Shown: piece by piece, positions 37,653-52,322 of the stretch
Position numbering within the stretch: position 1 is the first letter of the stretch
Layout of the letters: every line of letters starts with the position of its first letter
Assembly (NCBI GenBank): GCA_025201805.1
Contig: MU619397.1
Location: 236-64,235 of the forward strand
From: Parasitella parasitica NRRL 2501
Taxonomy: Eukaryota > Fungi > Mucoromycota
Direction of reading: 5' to 3'
Length of the DNA stretch: 64,000 bases
Translations under genes and position numbers: made by a program
Notes under the pieces: model-generated
The model's input: only the letters and a program-made list of their open reading frames with translations
Told to the model about the DNA's origin: nothing
The model's database searches: none

Positions 37653-40600
37653 TCATGGAGTGAAAATAGATTCCATAGCAGTGACCAATTCACTGATATC
37701 CAAAGCATTTGGGTCCCTGTTGATAAAGTTGGTGTACATCATTTCTAGCTGCTCATATTTTACTTGTTCTTGCTTAGTTTGTATTCTTTCGATAAGTTCT
37801 GAGCTTTTGAATTTACGAGAGAGGTAGGCAGCTAAAGAAATATGAGAATAAATGTTTGTTTGTAAACACAAAATCTAAGTTACATACCTCTGTCGAGAGT
37901 ATGGGCTGGTAGGCCTGCAATACTTGCACACCAAATACCATGGGATTGAGTGTCCCCGCCACCGGGAACAATACGATACAGAAACACTACCTGATGCTCT
38001 TTATGAAGAGCAGATGATTCTGAAGACATGTCTTTACTGTTATTGTGAATATTGACACTGGAGTCTCCAGCTTGAATGTCCTGGCTCATGATTTCAGTTT
38101 GAGACAATGTTATGCCGTCTTGAGCTGTAAGAATGTTCTTGCAAACTAAATCTTGACGCAAAAAAGTCAAATTTGATGGAGGTGGGTCATTGCAGCTCTT
38201 TGTGTTGATTTTTACCATGAAAATGGGTGCTAGCTATAATCTTGGGGCATTGGGTCCCTTTGGAGAGAAGATAACCTATAACAGAGCAGAACAAGGCTGA
38301 GCCATCTGAAATATCAGTTCCCTGGAGATTCTATGTAAATAATGTGGCGATGCAAATGTAGTTGCATAATATTATGTACATGCCTTGCCAAATTCATTAA
38401 TGATGACCAAGCTTTGACATGTTGCATTTTGTAAGGCACGATTGATCTGCTGTAGGTCAAACGCAAATGCACTTTGAGGCTAAATCGATAGGTGTCAGAT
38501 ATCATAATCAGATCCAACGAAACAGAGGTGGAGTATACTGAATTCCCACCTTCAGCACTGTTTCTGAAGTCTGGATTCGAGTGAATATTTTGTCTGTGAT
38601 ACCAATGGTGGCCCTTTCCACAGGAACAAAGCTACAAAGACACACGTTGTCATTGTTTGTCTCAATTCAAAAACATGTATACATTTACAACATTCTATAT
38701 ACCTTCCTATATGAGCCATGTAGACAATGAGTCCAACCTGTTTCAAGTAGATACTTTTACCAGAGAAATTGGCTCCCGTAACTATTTGAATGCTATTAGT
38801 GTCACCATTCATTGTATTGTTTCTGAATGATGAGTCGTTTTTAAACGAGACAACCGTATTTCTCAAGCTGTCAAACGCGCTAGAGCGGGTAGTATGTGGG
38901 CGGTGATTGTTAAATCCTTGGCCACCTTTGAGATGTGTATGGTTTGGAATAAAAATGTCAACTGATAACTCTTGCAACGGGTGTCTATTATATAAATCAA
39001 AGTCCATAGGCCCTTTACGTAGTCAATTCAATGCAAATATGTACCTTCCTTTTATAATGTCGAGCGAGTTATCGAGGGTTAGGTTGGGCTTAACATAGTT
39101 GAACCGCATTGCCGCTACAGCCAAAGAAAGTATGCTTGATACAAATTAGTTGTTGCATACAAATGCTGTTCGTACTCTGGAATCATTATACCAGTCAAGC
39201 TCTGACAAGGCATCGGATATATCTAGAAACTGCGTATTGTATTTTAACACTGAAACTGCCAATTCTTGTACAATCTCTATTTCTCTATCAGCAATCATAG
39301 CATGTAAATCACCCAAAGTCGCGTCAAGTTCTAAGGGTGGGTGAGCGTATACCCAATGATGATTGCACATTTGTCCAATATTTGTACCTTTTGTTTGGTC
39401 ATTTTTGTAATACAGGTTATCTGCGGTAGAGAACTATGTGTTACAAGTTGAATGTGAATAGCGGTTAAGGAAAAAAGTCGAAGCAGAAAGATATAAATGT
39501 GTTAACCTGTAGTTCAAATCCAGGCAGGTTGCGTTGATAATACTCGGTGATGTTGCTATTGCCACAATAACTACTGCCAGCACTGCTCTTGCCAGAGTTG
39601 CGCTGCAAATGGTATTGAGGCAAGGTAACCAGATAGCCTAGTTGAGGAAAATACACTACATTCAACGCAGCACTTAAACCGACAGGCAATACAGACCCGA
39701 TTTCTTGCGCTACTTGCAACTGCATTTACAGGATCATGAGTAGGGGCAGAGAATATTTAACTAGGTTTTTTTTTACCAAGGTATCATTTAGCTTGTCGTA
39801 TTTTTCTCGCAGGACATCCAATTCACTGTCGACTCCCTGCTTGACTACAACTTGGGCTCCCGCTTTGCTAGCTCCAAAATCAATCTAATTGCTTTAAATC
39901 TCGGTTCCATACGACATGTAACATCAATACATACGACATTATCAACTATGGACCCTACTTGTTGCATTTTGTTTGCAACTGGTGCCAATTTCTTGAACTT
40001 TTGGATCAAAGAAATCGTAGCGTGTGAGCTGCTGATGGTCGGCCTAAGCGCACTAAAGATGCAAATGGTGTAATATGCAAACTATATACGGAAATATAGA
40101 CATCAGTCTTGTATTTCATTCGTTTATATCGCACAGAAACTGCAGAGATACTTTTAGAATGTACTGCCAGTCATTAACTTTTGCTTTACTCTCTTGCACT
40201 CTTCCTAGAAGCCGATTGATATTCTTGATATGGGAAAGGTGCGCCCTCAAAGCAACGCAGGTATCATGCATGTCAGATGTCATGAATAAGCTGATAGACA
40301 AGTACCGATCTTCTAATGTCTGTCTATCCCGAAGCGGACGAGATACCCACTCTCTCAGTAGCTGTTTTCCTGGTGCACTTGTCGTTTTATCTAAAAGGCC
40401 TAGGCAGTCAATATTAGCGTAAGCGAATGATGATCACTGACAGTGTGTTGTGGTACCAAACAATGACAGACTTTCTTTTTCTCGTTTTTGATGCATGTTG
40501 GGATGCCTTTCCAAATCAAAGATACAAAGCGATCTAGTCATATACGGTTTTTTAGTTTGTTTTTTGAGGATCAGAGTCGAGGCATATACTCACTGCATGG

Positions 40601-41413
40601 TGTCTGAATTGACCTGGACATATCTATCACTGCGTATATTATATAAGACACCAGTTCAGAACTTGCACAATTTAGATACATGTACCAAGAAAAAACGTTT
40701 ACAACAGTTGGCTGAATTATATCTGGAGCTATACCAGCCTCTTGTCCTTGCATATCATGCTCTTGCTGCATTTTTTTCAGATACTTTAGAAGTACCCCAG
40801 CACATCCAAGCTTGAGCGCGTCAGAGGTGGTATTATGTTCCGCTGTTTATGACAGGTTTGGTAGTTTTACTTACAGTTAATTGACACTGACCCAATTCAA
40901 TGAGTCCCTCCATTTGTAAATAAGCATGTGTTTTAATCCCTTCTTCCTGATCTCTAAAGTAAATATGTTGGTTTGCTCTTTGGTCATCCTCATCCCCATC
41001 CTCATCATTAAAAGTAGCAATATCTTGTTGCTGATTGACACGATCGATATACCAATTTAGCAATGTAATGCGGCCTTTGTCAAACAGAAAATCATTCCTT
41101 GCTATTTTGACCAATGTAACAGATATCCCATGTTCATTTGTCAAAAATTCAATTAGTTTTTCATTTGAATGATCTGGTATGATAATGATTTGGGGAGAGA
41201 TTTGCGCAAGTACTACGTATGTTATTGTGCCGCGTTAAAGCATTGATGCATACACGGGATAAAAGACATACTCGTGGCAGTGTATTCAAAACTATCAGAT
41301 TCAATTGCGTCCTCCATCAAGTGTAACTTTAGGCTTGAGCCTGAATAATAAGAACACCCCAATCTACAAAGCTGCAGGCTCTGCTTCCATTGAAGACAAA
41401 CGATAGCTTCCAT
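37653..41413 (-). CDS. MSH5: Meiotic MutS homolog 5
   Basis: SLSLFG..DKTTSAPGKQLLREWVSRP, VYFPQLGYL, LDATLGDLHAMIADREIEI, HPLQEL..FIPN, TGANFSGKSIYLKQV, FLYRIVPG..SHGIWCASIAGLP. Many short introns; start approximate. Confidence 0.88.
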
Positions 41414-41827
41414 ATACAGTTTAACAAAGAAAGATGAAAAAGGCGTGTCATTTGAAAACATGCCATTGTATACCAGTTTTCAGAGCTTATGCGGTCATAG
41501 GGCCTTACAAATAATTGTCCAAGTGCCGAGGTTGGCCAATTGTGCATTTACTCGGACGCTGCTTAAACGCTTCAAAATACAACTTGGACATTCAAGGAGA
41601 TGTTGACAATTTCGAAATGAGTATGCTCCATCAATAAAATAGCAACAGTAAAGAAGTAGGATCTTTATTAGATGCAAAAGAATCTACTGTACCTGTCAGT
41701 ATCACACACAATATAGTCAAACTGTTGCATGCATAAGCAGCGTGCGACAAAACACGGCAGCTCCGCCAGCGCCATTAAAAGCTCGAATCGTTTCGTTTTG
41801 TAATTTTTCATCCTTTCTTCCTTAAAT

Positions 41828-44144
41828 ATGGATTATTCTCGTTATGGTGGCCGCTATCGTGATGATGAAAAGGAAAACTTGAGCACATTTCAAGTAACTC
41901 AGTGCCCCTCTGATAGTGATGCCTTGACAAATCTTGTTTATGTCTCTCGTGGTGTGATTAACTCCAAAATTCATCATGTTAAATTACAAGGGAAATACGT
42001 TTTCTCTGTGTGGTAAAAAGTTAGAATATAACAATGATACTACATAACTGAATTAATCCAAATCATACAGCGAAGATGAACGTATCCCAAAATCTCAAAT
42101 TGGTATTAATGGCCCTTCACGCCGTTGGGCTCAATTCTCTCTGGGTCAATCTGTCACGATAGAGCCTTATGATATTCACTCTGAAGGGAACAGCATTTAC
42201 TTGAGCGACTTGAAAATGGAAATCGACTTTTTTCAAAAAAGTCGCAGCGTTCCTACAGAGTTTGCCGAAGAGGATATTAAAAAGACATTTCTCAACAATT
42301 TTGGTGGGCACATATTCAGCAAGGGACAACAACTAGCCTTTGAGTTTTGTGGTGTTAAATTTAAAGTTACCATAACAGATTTGGATGTTGTTGACTATGT
42401 ATCAGAAAGGGGAGAAGTGGATGCACATCAAGACAAAAATTCTAGTGCTCAACTTGGTCTTTTGATCCAAGGAACCAATGTTGTATTTGACAAGGCCGAA
42501 AACTCAATTGTAAACTTGAAACAATCCAAAAAAAGAGCCATGACCGCCAAGGCATTGATCAAGCCTGATTTCCAGTTTGAGGATCTCGGCATTGGTGGTT
42601 TAGACGATGAGTTCAGTGCCATTTTCCGTCGTGCATTTGCTTCGCGTATCTTTCCGCCTGCGCTGGTAGAGAAATTAGGCGTGCAACATGTCAAAGGCAT
42701 TTTATTGTATGGTCCTCCAGGCACTGGCAAGACTTTAATGGCTCGACAAATTGGTAAAATGCTGCAGGCCAAGGAACCCAAGATTGTCAGTGGCCCTGAG
42801 GTGCTGTCTAAATTTGTTGGCCAGTCCGAAGAGAATGTGCGCAAGCTATTTGCTGATGCCGAGGAAGAATATCGTACCAAAGGCGAAGACTCTGGTCTTC
42901 ATATTATCATTTTTGATGAATTAGATGCTATCTGCAAGTCTCGTGGTAGCCGCAGTGGAGACACTGGTGTTGGCGATTCTGTCGTGAATCAGCTCCTGGC
43001 TAAAATGGACGGTGTTGAGCAATTGAATAACATCTTGATCATCGGTATGACCAACAGAAAAGATATGATCGACGAAGCCTTGCTGCGTCCTGGCCGTCTT
43101 GAAGTGCACATGGAGATTGGTTTGCCTGATGAAAAGGGGCGTCTTCAAATCCTAAAGATCCATACTGGCAAGATGAGGACAAACAACGTTTTGGAGAGCG
43201 ATGTCAATTTGGATGACTTGGCTGAATTGACCAAGAACTACAGTGGTGCAGAGATTTCTGGCGTTGTTAAGGCTGCTTCGTCGTATGCGTTCAATAGACA
43301 TATCAAAGTAGGTACTATGGCTGGTATTGCCACTGACGTGGAAAACATGAAGGTGAGCATGGATGACTTTTTGAATGCACTCAAGGAGGTGCAGCCTGCG
43401 TTTGGCGTATCTGAAGCCGAGTTGCAGCAATGTGTTCAAAACCATATTATACCATTCAGTCCCTCTGTTCAGCAAATTTTGACTGATGGTCACCTATATG
43501 TTGATCAAGTTCGGCAATCGTCTCGCACACCCTTGGTCAGCGTGCTCTTGAATGGCCCTGCTGGTAGTGGTAAAACTGCTCTTGCTGCTACAATTGGGAT
43601 GGAAAGCCAGTTTCCCTTTATCAAATTAATTTCTCCTGAAACTATGGTGGGCATGTCTGAGGCTGCAAAAGTGACCGAGATCAACAAGATCTTCAACGAC
43701 TCTTACAAATCACCCCTCAGTGTTATTGTCATTGACGCTATTGAGCGTCTGTTGGACTATGTCCCAATAGGCCCTCGCTTCTCTAATTCAGTTTTACAAG
43801 CGCTCATGGTCCTCTTGAAGAAGAAACCACCAAAGAATCGCCGCCTACTGATTTTGGCTACCACTACACAGCGCCAAATCCTGGAGCAAATGGACATGAC
43901 TGATGAATTCTCGGCTGAAATCTACGTGCCTACCATTACAAGCTTGGATGGTGTAGACGCTGTATTGCAGCAATTGGAATTATTCAGCGATGCGGAGAGA
44001 GAAAGAGCTTTCTCAATTTTGAAACAGGCTAATATGGACCAAAAACTCACTATTGGTGTCAAAAAGCTATTGATGATTATTGAAATGGCTAGACAAGATC
44101 AAGACAAGATTGAAAAATTTGTTAATGCGATGCTAGCCTTGTAG
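41828..44144 (+). CDS. SEC18: Vesicle-fusing AAA ATPase NSF/Sec18
   Basis: GIGGLDDEFSAIFRRAFASR, GPPGTGKT, FDELDAIC, ALLRPGRLEV, second Walker A GPAGSGKT. One intron at about 42013-42071. Confidence 0.97.
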
Positions 44145-44808
44145 GAGTAGGAGTAAATAATAAAGGCGTTGCGATTAAACCACAAAGTTACTCAATGGAT
44201 AATCTCATGCTTATCGCATGTATTCAGTGTTACAAGAACATCTAATTTTATTATCGAAAGATCAAACCTCAGACCCGATGCGCAACAGTGATTCCCAAAG
44301 CAGTGACAATAGATTTTGTTTCTTCACCTATATAAGCCAAACTATTGTTCAGTTACTTGGCTTGGGACGAGTTCAAGATATATAGAGAATATTTAGTTTA
44401 TCTCGAAGATTGTGTCTGCACGTTGAAGCTTGCTCAACCTTTAGGCAAACATATCTTGTGTAGATGTACTGAAAAACCATGCAGACATTCCGTTATTTGA
44501 AATTCTTATTTGATGTATCACTTGTCCACACACCCACATCATATTCAGTTGTAAAATATTTTCAAAATACACGATTCCCGAGTCCACAACTTGAAGTTTA
44601 ATGATTTTGACCTGAATACCTATACAAGATTTTTTTTTTTTTTTTTTTTTTTTTGCCCTTGGGAAGTGGTGGTGGGGGGGTTGTTGTTGATGGAAATTCA
44701 ACATCATCGTGCTTTTAATGTGACTCTTGGAATAGCTCAAGCGATTAGACCGTAAAAATGATGTGCACTCACAGTAGCAGCGTATAATTTGCGTGTTAAA
44801 ACATAAAA

Positions 44809-46753
44809 ATGTCTAAAATTGACTCTGCAGTATCGACTTTAACCGAATGGGATCGTCTTTGGCAAACAGTTTGCGATACGCCTGATGATTTTACCACTTG
44901 GGAGCAGCTCATTCGAGTCACCGAGGAACAAGGCGGCGGATTCTCCAAAGCATCTTCTCCTGAAAGTATCACTCGCCTGGAAACTGTATATGATCACTTT
45001 TTGCAAAAGTTCCCACTTTGCTTTGGATACTGGAAAAAGTATGCCGATTTGCAGCTCGCAATACATGGTGAGAAAGGTGCCGAAAAGGTGATTACTAGCA
45101 AAGATGCGAAAAGCGAGAAAACTATGCACTGACTACTCTCCAACAGACATTTGAACGAGGCGTGGTTGCCATCCACAATTCAATCGACCTGTGGAACCAT
45201 TACATTGATTTTAAAATGAATCATTCAGCCTCCAACCAAGAAATCGAAAGGTATCTTCATATAGCATCTCTACTGCATATACTGACCAACTTGTCGCAGC
45301 TTACTCGAACGTGCTGCAGTTTGTGTGGGGCTCGACTTTCTCGCTCATCCATTTTGGGATAAATACATTGACTTTTTAGAGAATCGCATCTCTGCAGAAC
45401 TTGGGCAAGTGCTTGCACTGTTGGATCGGATCGTTCTAATCCCAATGCATCAATACGCTCGCTACTATGAAAAATGGCGCGGCATTCGCAACAGCTTGAA
45501 CCCCTCAGACGCATTGGATCCGGTAACTTTGGACGCCTTTTCAAGAGAAATCCGCCAGGTTAAAGGCGATATCCCTGCCGCCGAATTTGTGGCCTCGCTG
45601 AAAGAAAGGTTGGATGCGCAAACAAATTCAGCGTACAGGACTACGCAGGAAGGAACGACCGTGAGATGGGTCTACGAGGCAGAAATAAAGCGCTCCTATT
45701 TCCATGTAAAGCCTTTGGATAAACCACAATTGACAAATTGGAGCAAATACCTGGATTTCGAAGAGTCCCAAAATAACCCTGATCGTATCCGAGCTCTTTA
45801 CGAAAGATGTTTGGTGCCTTGCGTAACTAGATAATTTGATTGTGTGATGTGCCATGTTTTGATTGTGTACTATAAAATAGGCTCAATATGAAGAGTTTTG
45901 GTTGCGATATGGACGATGGCTGAGCGATAACGATCGACTAGAGGATGCCAAGCATGCATACGAGAGAGCAGCTTTTACATTTTTACCTGCCGATCGACCT
46001 AGCATCAAGATTGCACTTGCACTGGTTTTAGAGGAATTGGGTGACATTGATCAAGCAAGGGAAGCATTCACGAAAGTATTGGAAGCAAGTGAGTGCATTT
46101 AGGCTGATATCTGTAACACGAAAAAACTAACTGTGTAAAAGCACCTAATCATATTGAGACTATATTGAACTACATCCATTTTGAAAAAAGACAAGACCCG
46201 TCATCATTTGATTCTTTGGTCAACACATATATACAGTCGAATCAATTGGATGAGAACGCCAAGGCGTTCTTTACTGTCCAACGCATTAAACATTTACAGC
46301 AGGTACCTTGCAGACAAGTGCACAGTATAAACGTGCGCATGCTAACGACCCTGTACAGCAAAATAATCCTATAGAGAGCACAAGAGAAATATATGCTACT
46401 TTAGCAAAGCTGTCTCCTTCGAGCAAATTCTTTTGGATGAATTACATCAATTTTGAGCTTGGTTTCTATGGTAGGGAATGTATGCACAGTCAGATTTGAA
46501 TCACCACTCATAACAAGCAGATCATCTGTCAAAGGACCGTATTTTGCAAGTCTTTGACAAAGCCCGTACAAGCTTACCAGAAGAATCTTTGGCCACAATC
46601 AATACACTTTATAAAGATTACATTTTGGAGCGAGGCGACTCCGTGGCAGCATTAAATAGAAAGACGCCGTCAGCAAAGAACACACTAAAACGAGCTGCTG
46701 CTGTCGAGGCTGGCAATCATGACTCAACAAAACAGGCTCGCTTGGAAGCATAA
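44809..46753 (+). CDS. PRP39: Pre-mRNA processing factor 39 (HAT repeats)
   Basis: FLQKFPLCFGYWKKYAD, FERGV, GLDFLAHPFWDKYIDF, IKRSYFHVKPL, LYERCLVPC|AQYEEFW. Confidence 0.9.
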
Positions 46754-46818
46754 CAGTAATAATCTACAAGGCCAGTTTTTTGGTTTAAATTTATTGATTC
46801 ATGCATATTATACATATG

Positions 46819-48585
46819 CTACTTTTTATACAATTTGCTCTCCTTCTCATAAGCATTGGCATCTGGCATGATGTGCTCATTCAAGACCATATGCGCCCTT
46901 AATGCTGCTTTTCTGGGCTTTATTTCCTCAATAAATCCTACGTCGTATTCTTCATACACAACTTGAGGCTCTTCTTCATACAAGTCGTCCTTCCACTTGT
47001 CTATAATATCTGGAATCAAATGCGCTTTTGCTATCGTGTCTTCTAATAATGCATTATCTGTTGGTATATACGTGTATCTGCGGTCTGAATGAATATCTAT
47101 GAACCTCCACTGGGCATAACAATCCTCTAGCCAAAGATGATTCACTAATTCAACACTAGGATGTTCGTGCAGTTTTGCGTATTTGTCTCCGGAACCACCA
47201 CCGCAGATCAAATGGGTGGTGTCTTTTGCGAGTTCAGCCGAATACTTTGCTCCACAAGCAGCAATAAGTATGTTGACGTAAGAGCGATATTGAGCTTTGA
47301 ATCCTGTCAATGCAATAACACACTTTTGCATACTTGACATGCCTACTTTTGGCACGGGATAGTCAAACAGAGTATCCAAAGGTGAACACCAGTACCCTCT
47401 ACAATAGGTATTTGATATCCACCAGAAACTTGCAATGCATTTTTTATCCTGCACTGCCTGCTTGTATTCTATCGAGGATCTATATTTTAGAATGACAACA
47501 GTTACTTGATGAGGATTGTAGTCTTCTAAGATTCTTGCACCCATCTCTTGGATGTACCACTCTATTTTGGGTATAATTTTCTCCTTTTCTTTATCTGATC
47601 GCACGTCTTTGCCCAGATATACAACTTGATTATGCAATGGTTTGTTTATAGCAATATCTTGGTTTGGTGCCAATACTAACGGAGCCTTTGGATATGGATA
47701 GATAGCTGCTGGATCAGGCATATTTTGATAATATATAAAAGGCGATGGAAGTCTATAAGAATCGTATGGAAACTGATGGTGATATCGAAGACAATCGTCT
47801 AGCCATTGGGGAAGTACAACAGGTATGCTCCTTTCCATACATTCATTGTAATGTACCTATGATTCTATCAGTTTTTGTTTTGTCTTTTTATGTCTGTCAC
47901 ATATTTACCCCTCTGGGCTCGATGCAAATCAAACATGTAACATCTTCACTGAAATCATCTCGGCACTGCCCGCCAAACTTTAAAACCTGGTCATGTATTT
48001 CTTTGCATTCCTCAGGTAACTGCAATTTGGCATGGTTAACACAGTAAATTCGCATTTCATCTATTCTACATTTACGTCAAGTAATAACAGCACTTGGCCT
48101 GACAAAAATTGATGCTTTCCAGGCTCATAGTATGACATACTATCGTATCCCTAGTTAAACACATGTCCCAATAGGCTTGTTTTTCACCTACTCGTGTACA
48201 AATCCGTTCATAATAGCCTTTTCGACCCATAGTGGCTGTTCATCGTTGTCAAAAAAGAAGTGTCAATTTAGTTACCATGGAAATATATCAAACATATACG
48301 TTACTGTAACAGACTGTATACTTGGCATTTTCCTGACATCAGACACAAACAGGTTTGGCAGTTGCTGGTTTGCAGAAACGCCTCCATTGTTAAATAAAAT
48401 GTTGTTTAGCTATGCAATCACGATCAGATAGAGTCTATGTTTTTGTGGAATAGATATCTCACCCTTTGTGTTTGCTCTTTGGGAAGTCTATCGTCAATAG
48501 AATAGACAACATGTTCAAATAAATTTATGCTCTTTTTGTCATTGATGTGTCTGCCTAGTTTGAGTGTTTCATAAAATCCGAGCAT
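46819..48585 (-). CDS. Multi-BRCT protein, Brc1/Rtt107-like
   Basis: Tandem BRCT repeats (VTHLIC..VVLPQWLDDC; TTHLIC..VNHLWLEDCY..W; LFDYPVP), ending in RKAALRA..L...MPD..AYEKE. Confidence 0.75.
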
Positions 48586-49047
48586 AGACTATTCACAAAA
48601 TGAGACGAATATAGAGAAAAGGCGTCAAATGTCAAATCACGTTCCAGAAAGGAACGTGCTTTTTTTTAGGCGACAGGGTGCCATACTTGATCTACCTTTG
48701 AGCGACATGAAACATGCATTTTTCATTCGAATGTTCCGTAGCTCATCATTCGAATATAAACTGCTGACAATTTAGAATAGTGACTTATGCAAACAAAGTA
48801 TAGTTCTATGAAAAATGCATGCATTGTTTAATATAGAAGGATGAGAATTGGATAAAATAGATTCATGTAAATGGGATTTCAAAATGCAACATCGTGCCTT
48901 ATAGTACAATTTTTGGATGCAAATAGATTCCTATTTAAGGCTGCATTGTACAACTTTTTTTTCTCTCTCTATCTCTCTCTTTTTTTTTTATCATTATTGA
49001 TATTATTATTCCTTGGTGCTTCTTTTACCTTCATTACGTTTAGAGAA

Positions 49048-50474
49048 ATGTCTGCTCAGTCACCATCTCGTGCATCAAATAACATTGTTGGCATCCATTT
49101 CAAAGTCGGTAAAAAGATCGGTCAAGGTAGTTTTGGCATCATATACCAAGGTAACATCAACTACTTGTACATCACTCGTAAAATATAACAACAACTAAAA
49201 AGGCACAAATCTACTGAACAATGAGCAAGTGGCAATAAAATTTGAGCCGAGAAACAGCGATGCGCCTCAACTAAGGGATGAATACAGAGCATATAAAATA
49301 ATGGCTGGATCATGTATGTGGTAGTAAGAAATTCATGCATATGGTTTACCTTAACAAATGATAGTAGCTGGTATCCCCAAGGCCTATTATTTCGGTCAAG
49401 AAAGCTTACATAACATTCTAGTGATTGACCTGTTAGGCCCAAGCTTGGAGGATTTGTTTGATTTATGTGGCAGGACCTTTAGTGTTAAAACTGTCGCGAT
49501 GTTGGCTATTCAGATGATTTCAAGAGTAGAATCTATACATGAAAAAGACATGATTTATCGTGATATAAAGCCAGATAATTTCTTAATCGGCAGACCAGGA
49601 TCAACGCAAGAGAATGACATATTCGTTGTCGACTTTGGTATGGCAAAATTATTTCGCGATAAAAGAACAAAGCAGCATATACCTTACAAAGAAAGAGAAA
49701 GCTTATCTGGCACAGCAAGATACATGAGCATCAATACACATCTAGGAAGAGGTTCGTAGTTGTATTATTTGTATTGCAACAATAACCCTTTTAATATTCA
49801 TGCAATTAAACGTAGAGCAATCTCGTCGTGATGATCTCGAGGCACTAGGTCATGTGTTTTTGTACTTTCTAAGAGGCTCTTTGCCGTGGCAGGGCATAAG
49901 GGTTCGAACGAACAAGCAAAAATATGAAAAAATTGGCGAAAAAAAGCAAACAATTGGCATCAGATCATTGTGCGGAGGTTACCCTAGTAAGTATACACGT
50001 TTCGCATTCAAATGGGTAGAATTATTCATATCAAAGGCAGATCAATTCGTCAAGTACTTGCAGTACTGTAGAAAACTAAGCTTTGACGAAACCCCAGACT
50101 ACATATGGCTCAAAAAGTTATTTGCAGACTTGATTAAAGAATTAGGTGTTCGAGACGACGGTATTTATGACTGGACTCTTTTGAACGATGGAAAAGGCTG
50201 GAAAACTGTAAAAAAAGAAAAACCACCATCTCCTAAACTGATAATGCCACCACCTCTTCTGCTTCCTTTGCATTACGATAGCAAAATACAAGGACACTCT
50301 AAAGCTTCATCAAAGGCACAATTGAAAAAAAACCATCAAACATTTAAAGACTTCTCGCCAGGGCAGCCATCTTCTCACAATGATAGCGAACTTAGCTCCC
50401 AAGATAAAACAATCTGTTCAAACCTATTGCCAATCAATTGGAAAAAAATCGGAGCGTTTTTAATATGTAGATAA
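49048..50474 (+). CDS. Casein kinase I (Yck/CK1-gamma-like)
   Basis: [73 protein letters not shown]. Confidence 0.95.
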
Positions 50475-50763
50475 CATGCAAATTCAGACTTATAAACAAA
50501 ATACAAAAGCCACAATGCTGATATGTCTAATGATTTCCATCTTTTTTATTTGATAGCTTTATAGGATACGAGCTCAACGATAACATTTGGTCTTTTTTTG
50601 AGCACTTGAAAAGTCAAGAGATCTTTTGTTTCTCTTACCAAAAAACCTGTGATGTATCCAAACTGTGCTCAAGCATTTGCTAATTTATACCAATAAAAGC
50701 GGAATCTCATGAATATAAAAATAGGGGGTGGTGTACATGTAAATGTCTAAATTGAGTGAGTTT

Positions 50764-51894
50764 AGTGCACTTAATACGGATGTTTGAAAACACTGCTCAC
50801 TTTTTTGATGAAGCTAATTTGCTCAACATTTCGAGAATAAATTGCCCGTATTTCATGTTCAAGTGCTATTCTGGAGATGTCATACAACATCTGCACTATT
50901 GGATCATCCCTGTATTCCAAACTAAGCAGTGAGACTTCTTGTTTTGTTAATACATGTATCCGAGTGCAACCATTTCTGATAGCGGCGTGATTAAGAAATC
51001 CGAGATGAAGGACCGTTGAAGTATTGTTGAACGTCTGTGAAAATAACTAGGATCAATATAAAAGAATAATAGAGGCAATTGAAGAGGATGGAAATGATTC
51101 AAAACCAAATGATGGCTTGATCTACAATGAAACATGTATACGAAAATACACAAAGCAGCTTTCTAATTCATCCATGCCAAAGCCTTTAGCGTTATCACCA
51201 ACAGTTCAGGCAAGTAGCAGTAGAAAATCCAATCATAAAAGTCCATTGAGAACCACTGCTCCAAACCCAAAAATAGACAGATATGGAATGGGTAAAAGAG
51301 TTTGTTGAAGAATATAGGACTACAAAAAAGAGAATGAATTGGAAAACGTGCTTTGACGAGGGACGTAATGCTGGTTATCTGGGAACATATTCAAATCCTC
51401 AAAGTCTTAAAAACACCTTTAACAAGCTTAATCCAAAACATTAATTATGTTTTATATCATTTGAGTTTATTCATACCAACATTCTATCCCCATCCATTTA
51501 TAATTACAATAGTAGTTGATATACATGTACCAGTTTTTTTTTATTCCTTATTTCTTTTAATATGTATAGTAAATAAGATATCTGTAAGAATCTTTATAGG
51601 ATCTGGAGTTTTGAACGCATATAACTGTATACCTTTCACCTTATTCGTCTGAACTTAACCCTATCGAGATGGATTGAAAATGTTCAAGAACCGAGTCCGA
51701 AGAAGTAAATTGGCAAATGCAGAAACACTTTCTTCAAGACTATTTCTGTTGAACACATACAAGATTTCATCCAGCACTTGATCGACGTATCCCTCAAATG
51801 CTTGAATAAAAAGTGGGCAATTTATTATCGAAATTAGTTTCAAAAAAGTGAGCGGTGTTTTCAAACATTCGGTAAATTGAGGGTGAAAGCATAT
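50764..51894 (+). mobile_element. Decayed, internally deleted Tc1/mariner (IS630-Tc1) DNA transposon
   Basis: Imperfect TIRs at about 50775-50850 and 51810-51894 (ATGTTTGAAAACACYGCTCACTTTTTTGA..AATAAATTGCCC). Transposase C-terminal remnants PYSSELNPIE (51639-51668), KNRVRRSKLANAETLSSR and EHIQDFIQHLIDVSLKCLNK with frameshifts. Confidence 0.8.
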
Positions 51895-52322
51895 AACAGT
51901 ATCAAGATCTACTACACTAAAGAATCTCGGAGTCGTGGTATGAATAGATCTGGATCAGTTTTTTTTATGGAATTATTGCCAATTACTACAACAGCCGCCT
52001 ACATTCAGGGAAATTGCTTTAATCATTGCCTAAAAGAGACTAACCGCTAGTAGACTATGAAATCTAAATACATTCTCATATCTTGTAATGCATCTTGGAG
52101 TCAATAATTACGTCGAGTTTGTCGACAACTTGAAATTTCCGGCAAATCAATTGGATTGTTTCTCTAATTTTGATGGATTTGCTGGTGGAACTATTACATC
52201 TGAATCCTCAAGGTATTCTCAGAAAACGCGGGACCTTAACCAATTTGAGTCAAGTTCTTTATAAAAGGTTCTTTTCTCGCCTATCATTGCTGATCTTTCT
52301 TTCGCTTTTTGTGTTGCTCGGA

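Noticed and set aside
42449-43696. Antisense ORFs within SEC18 (and similar ones in GUT1, GH5 and the 5-phosphatase)
   Set aside because: Shadow frames of conserved coding sequence.
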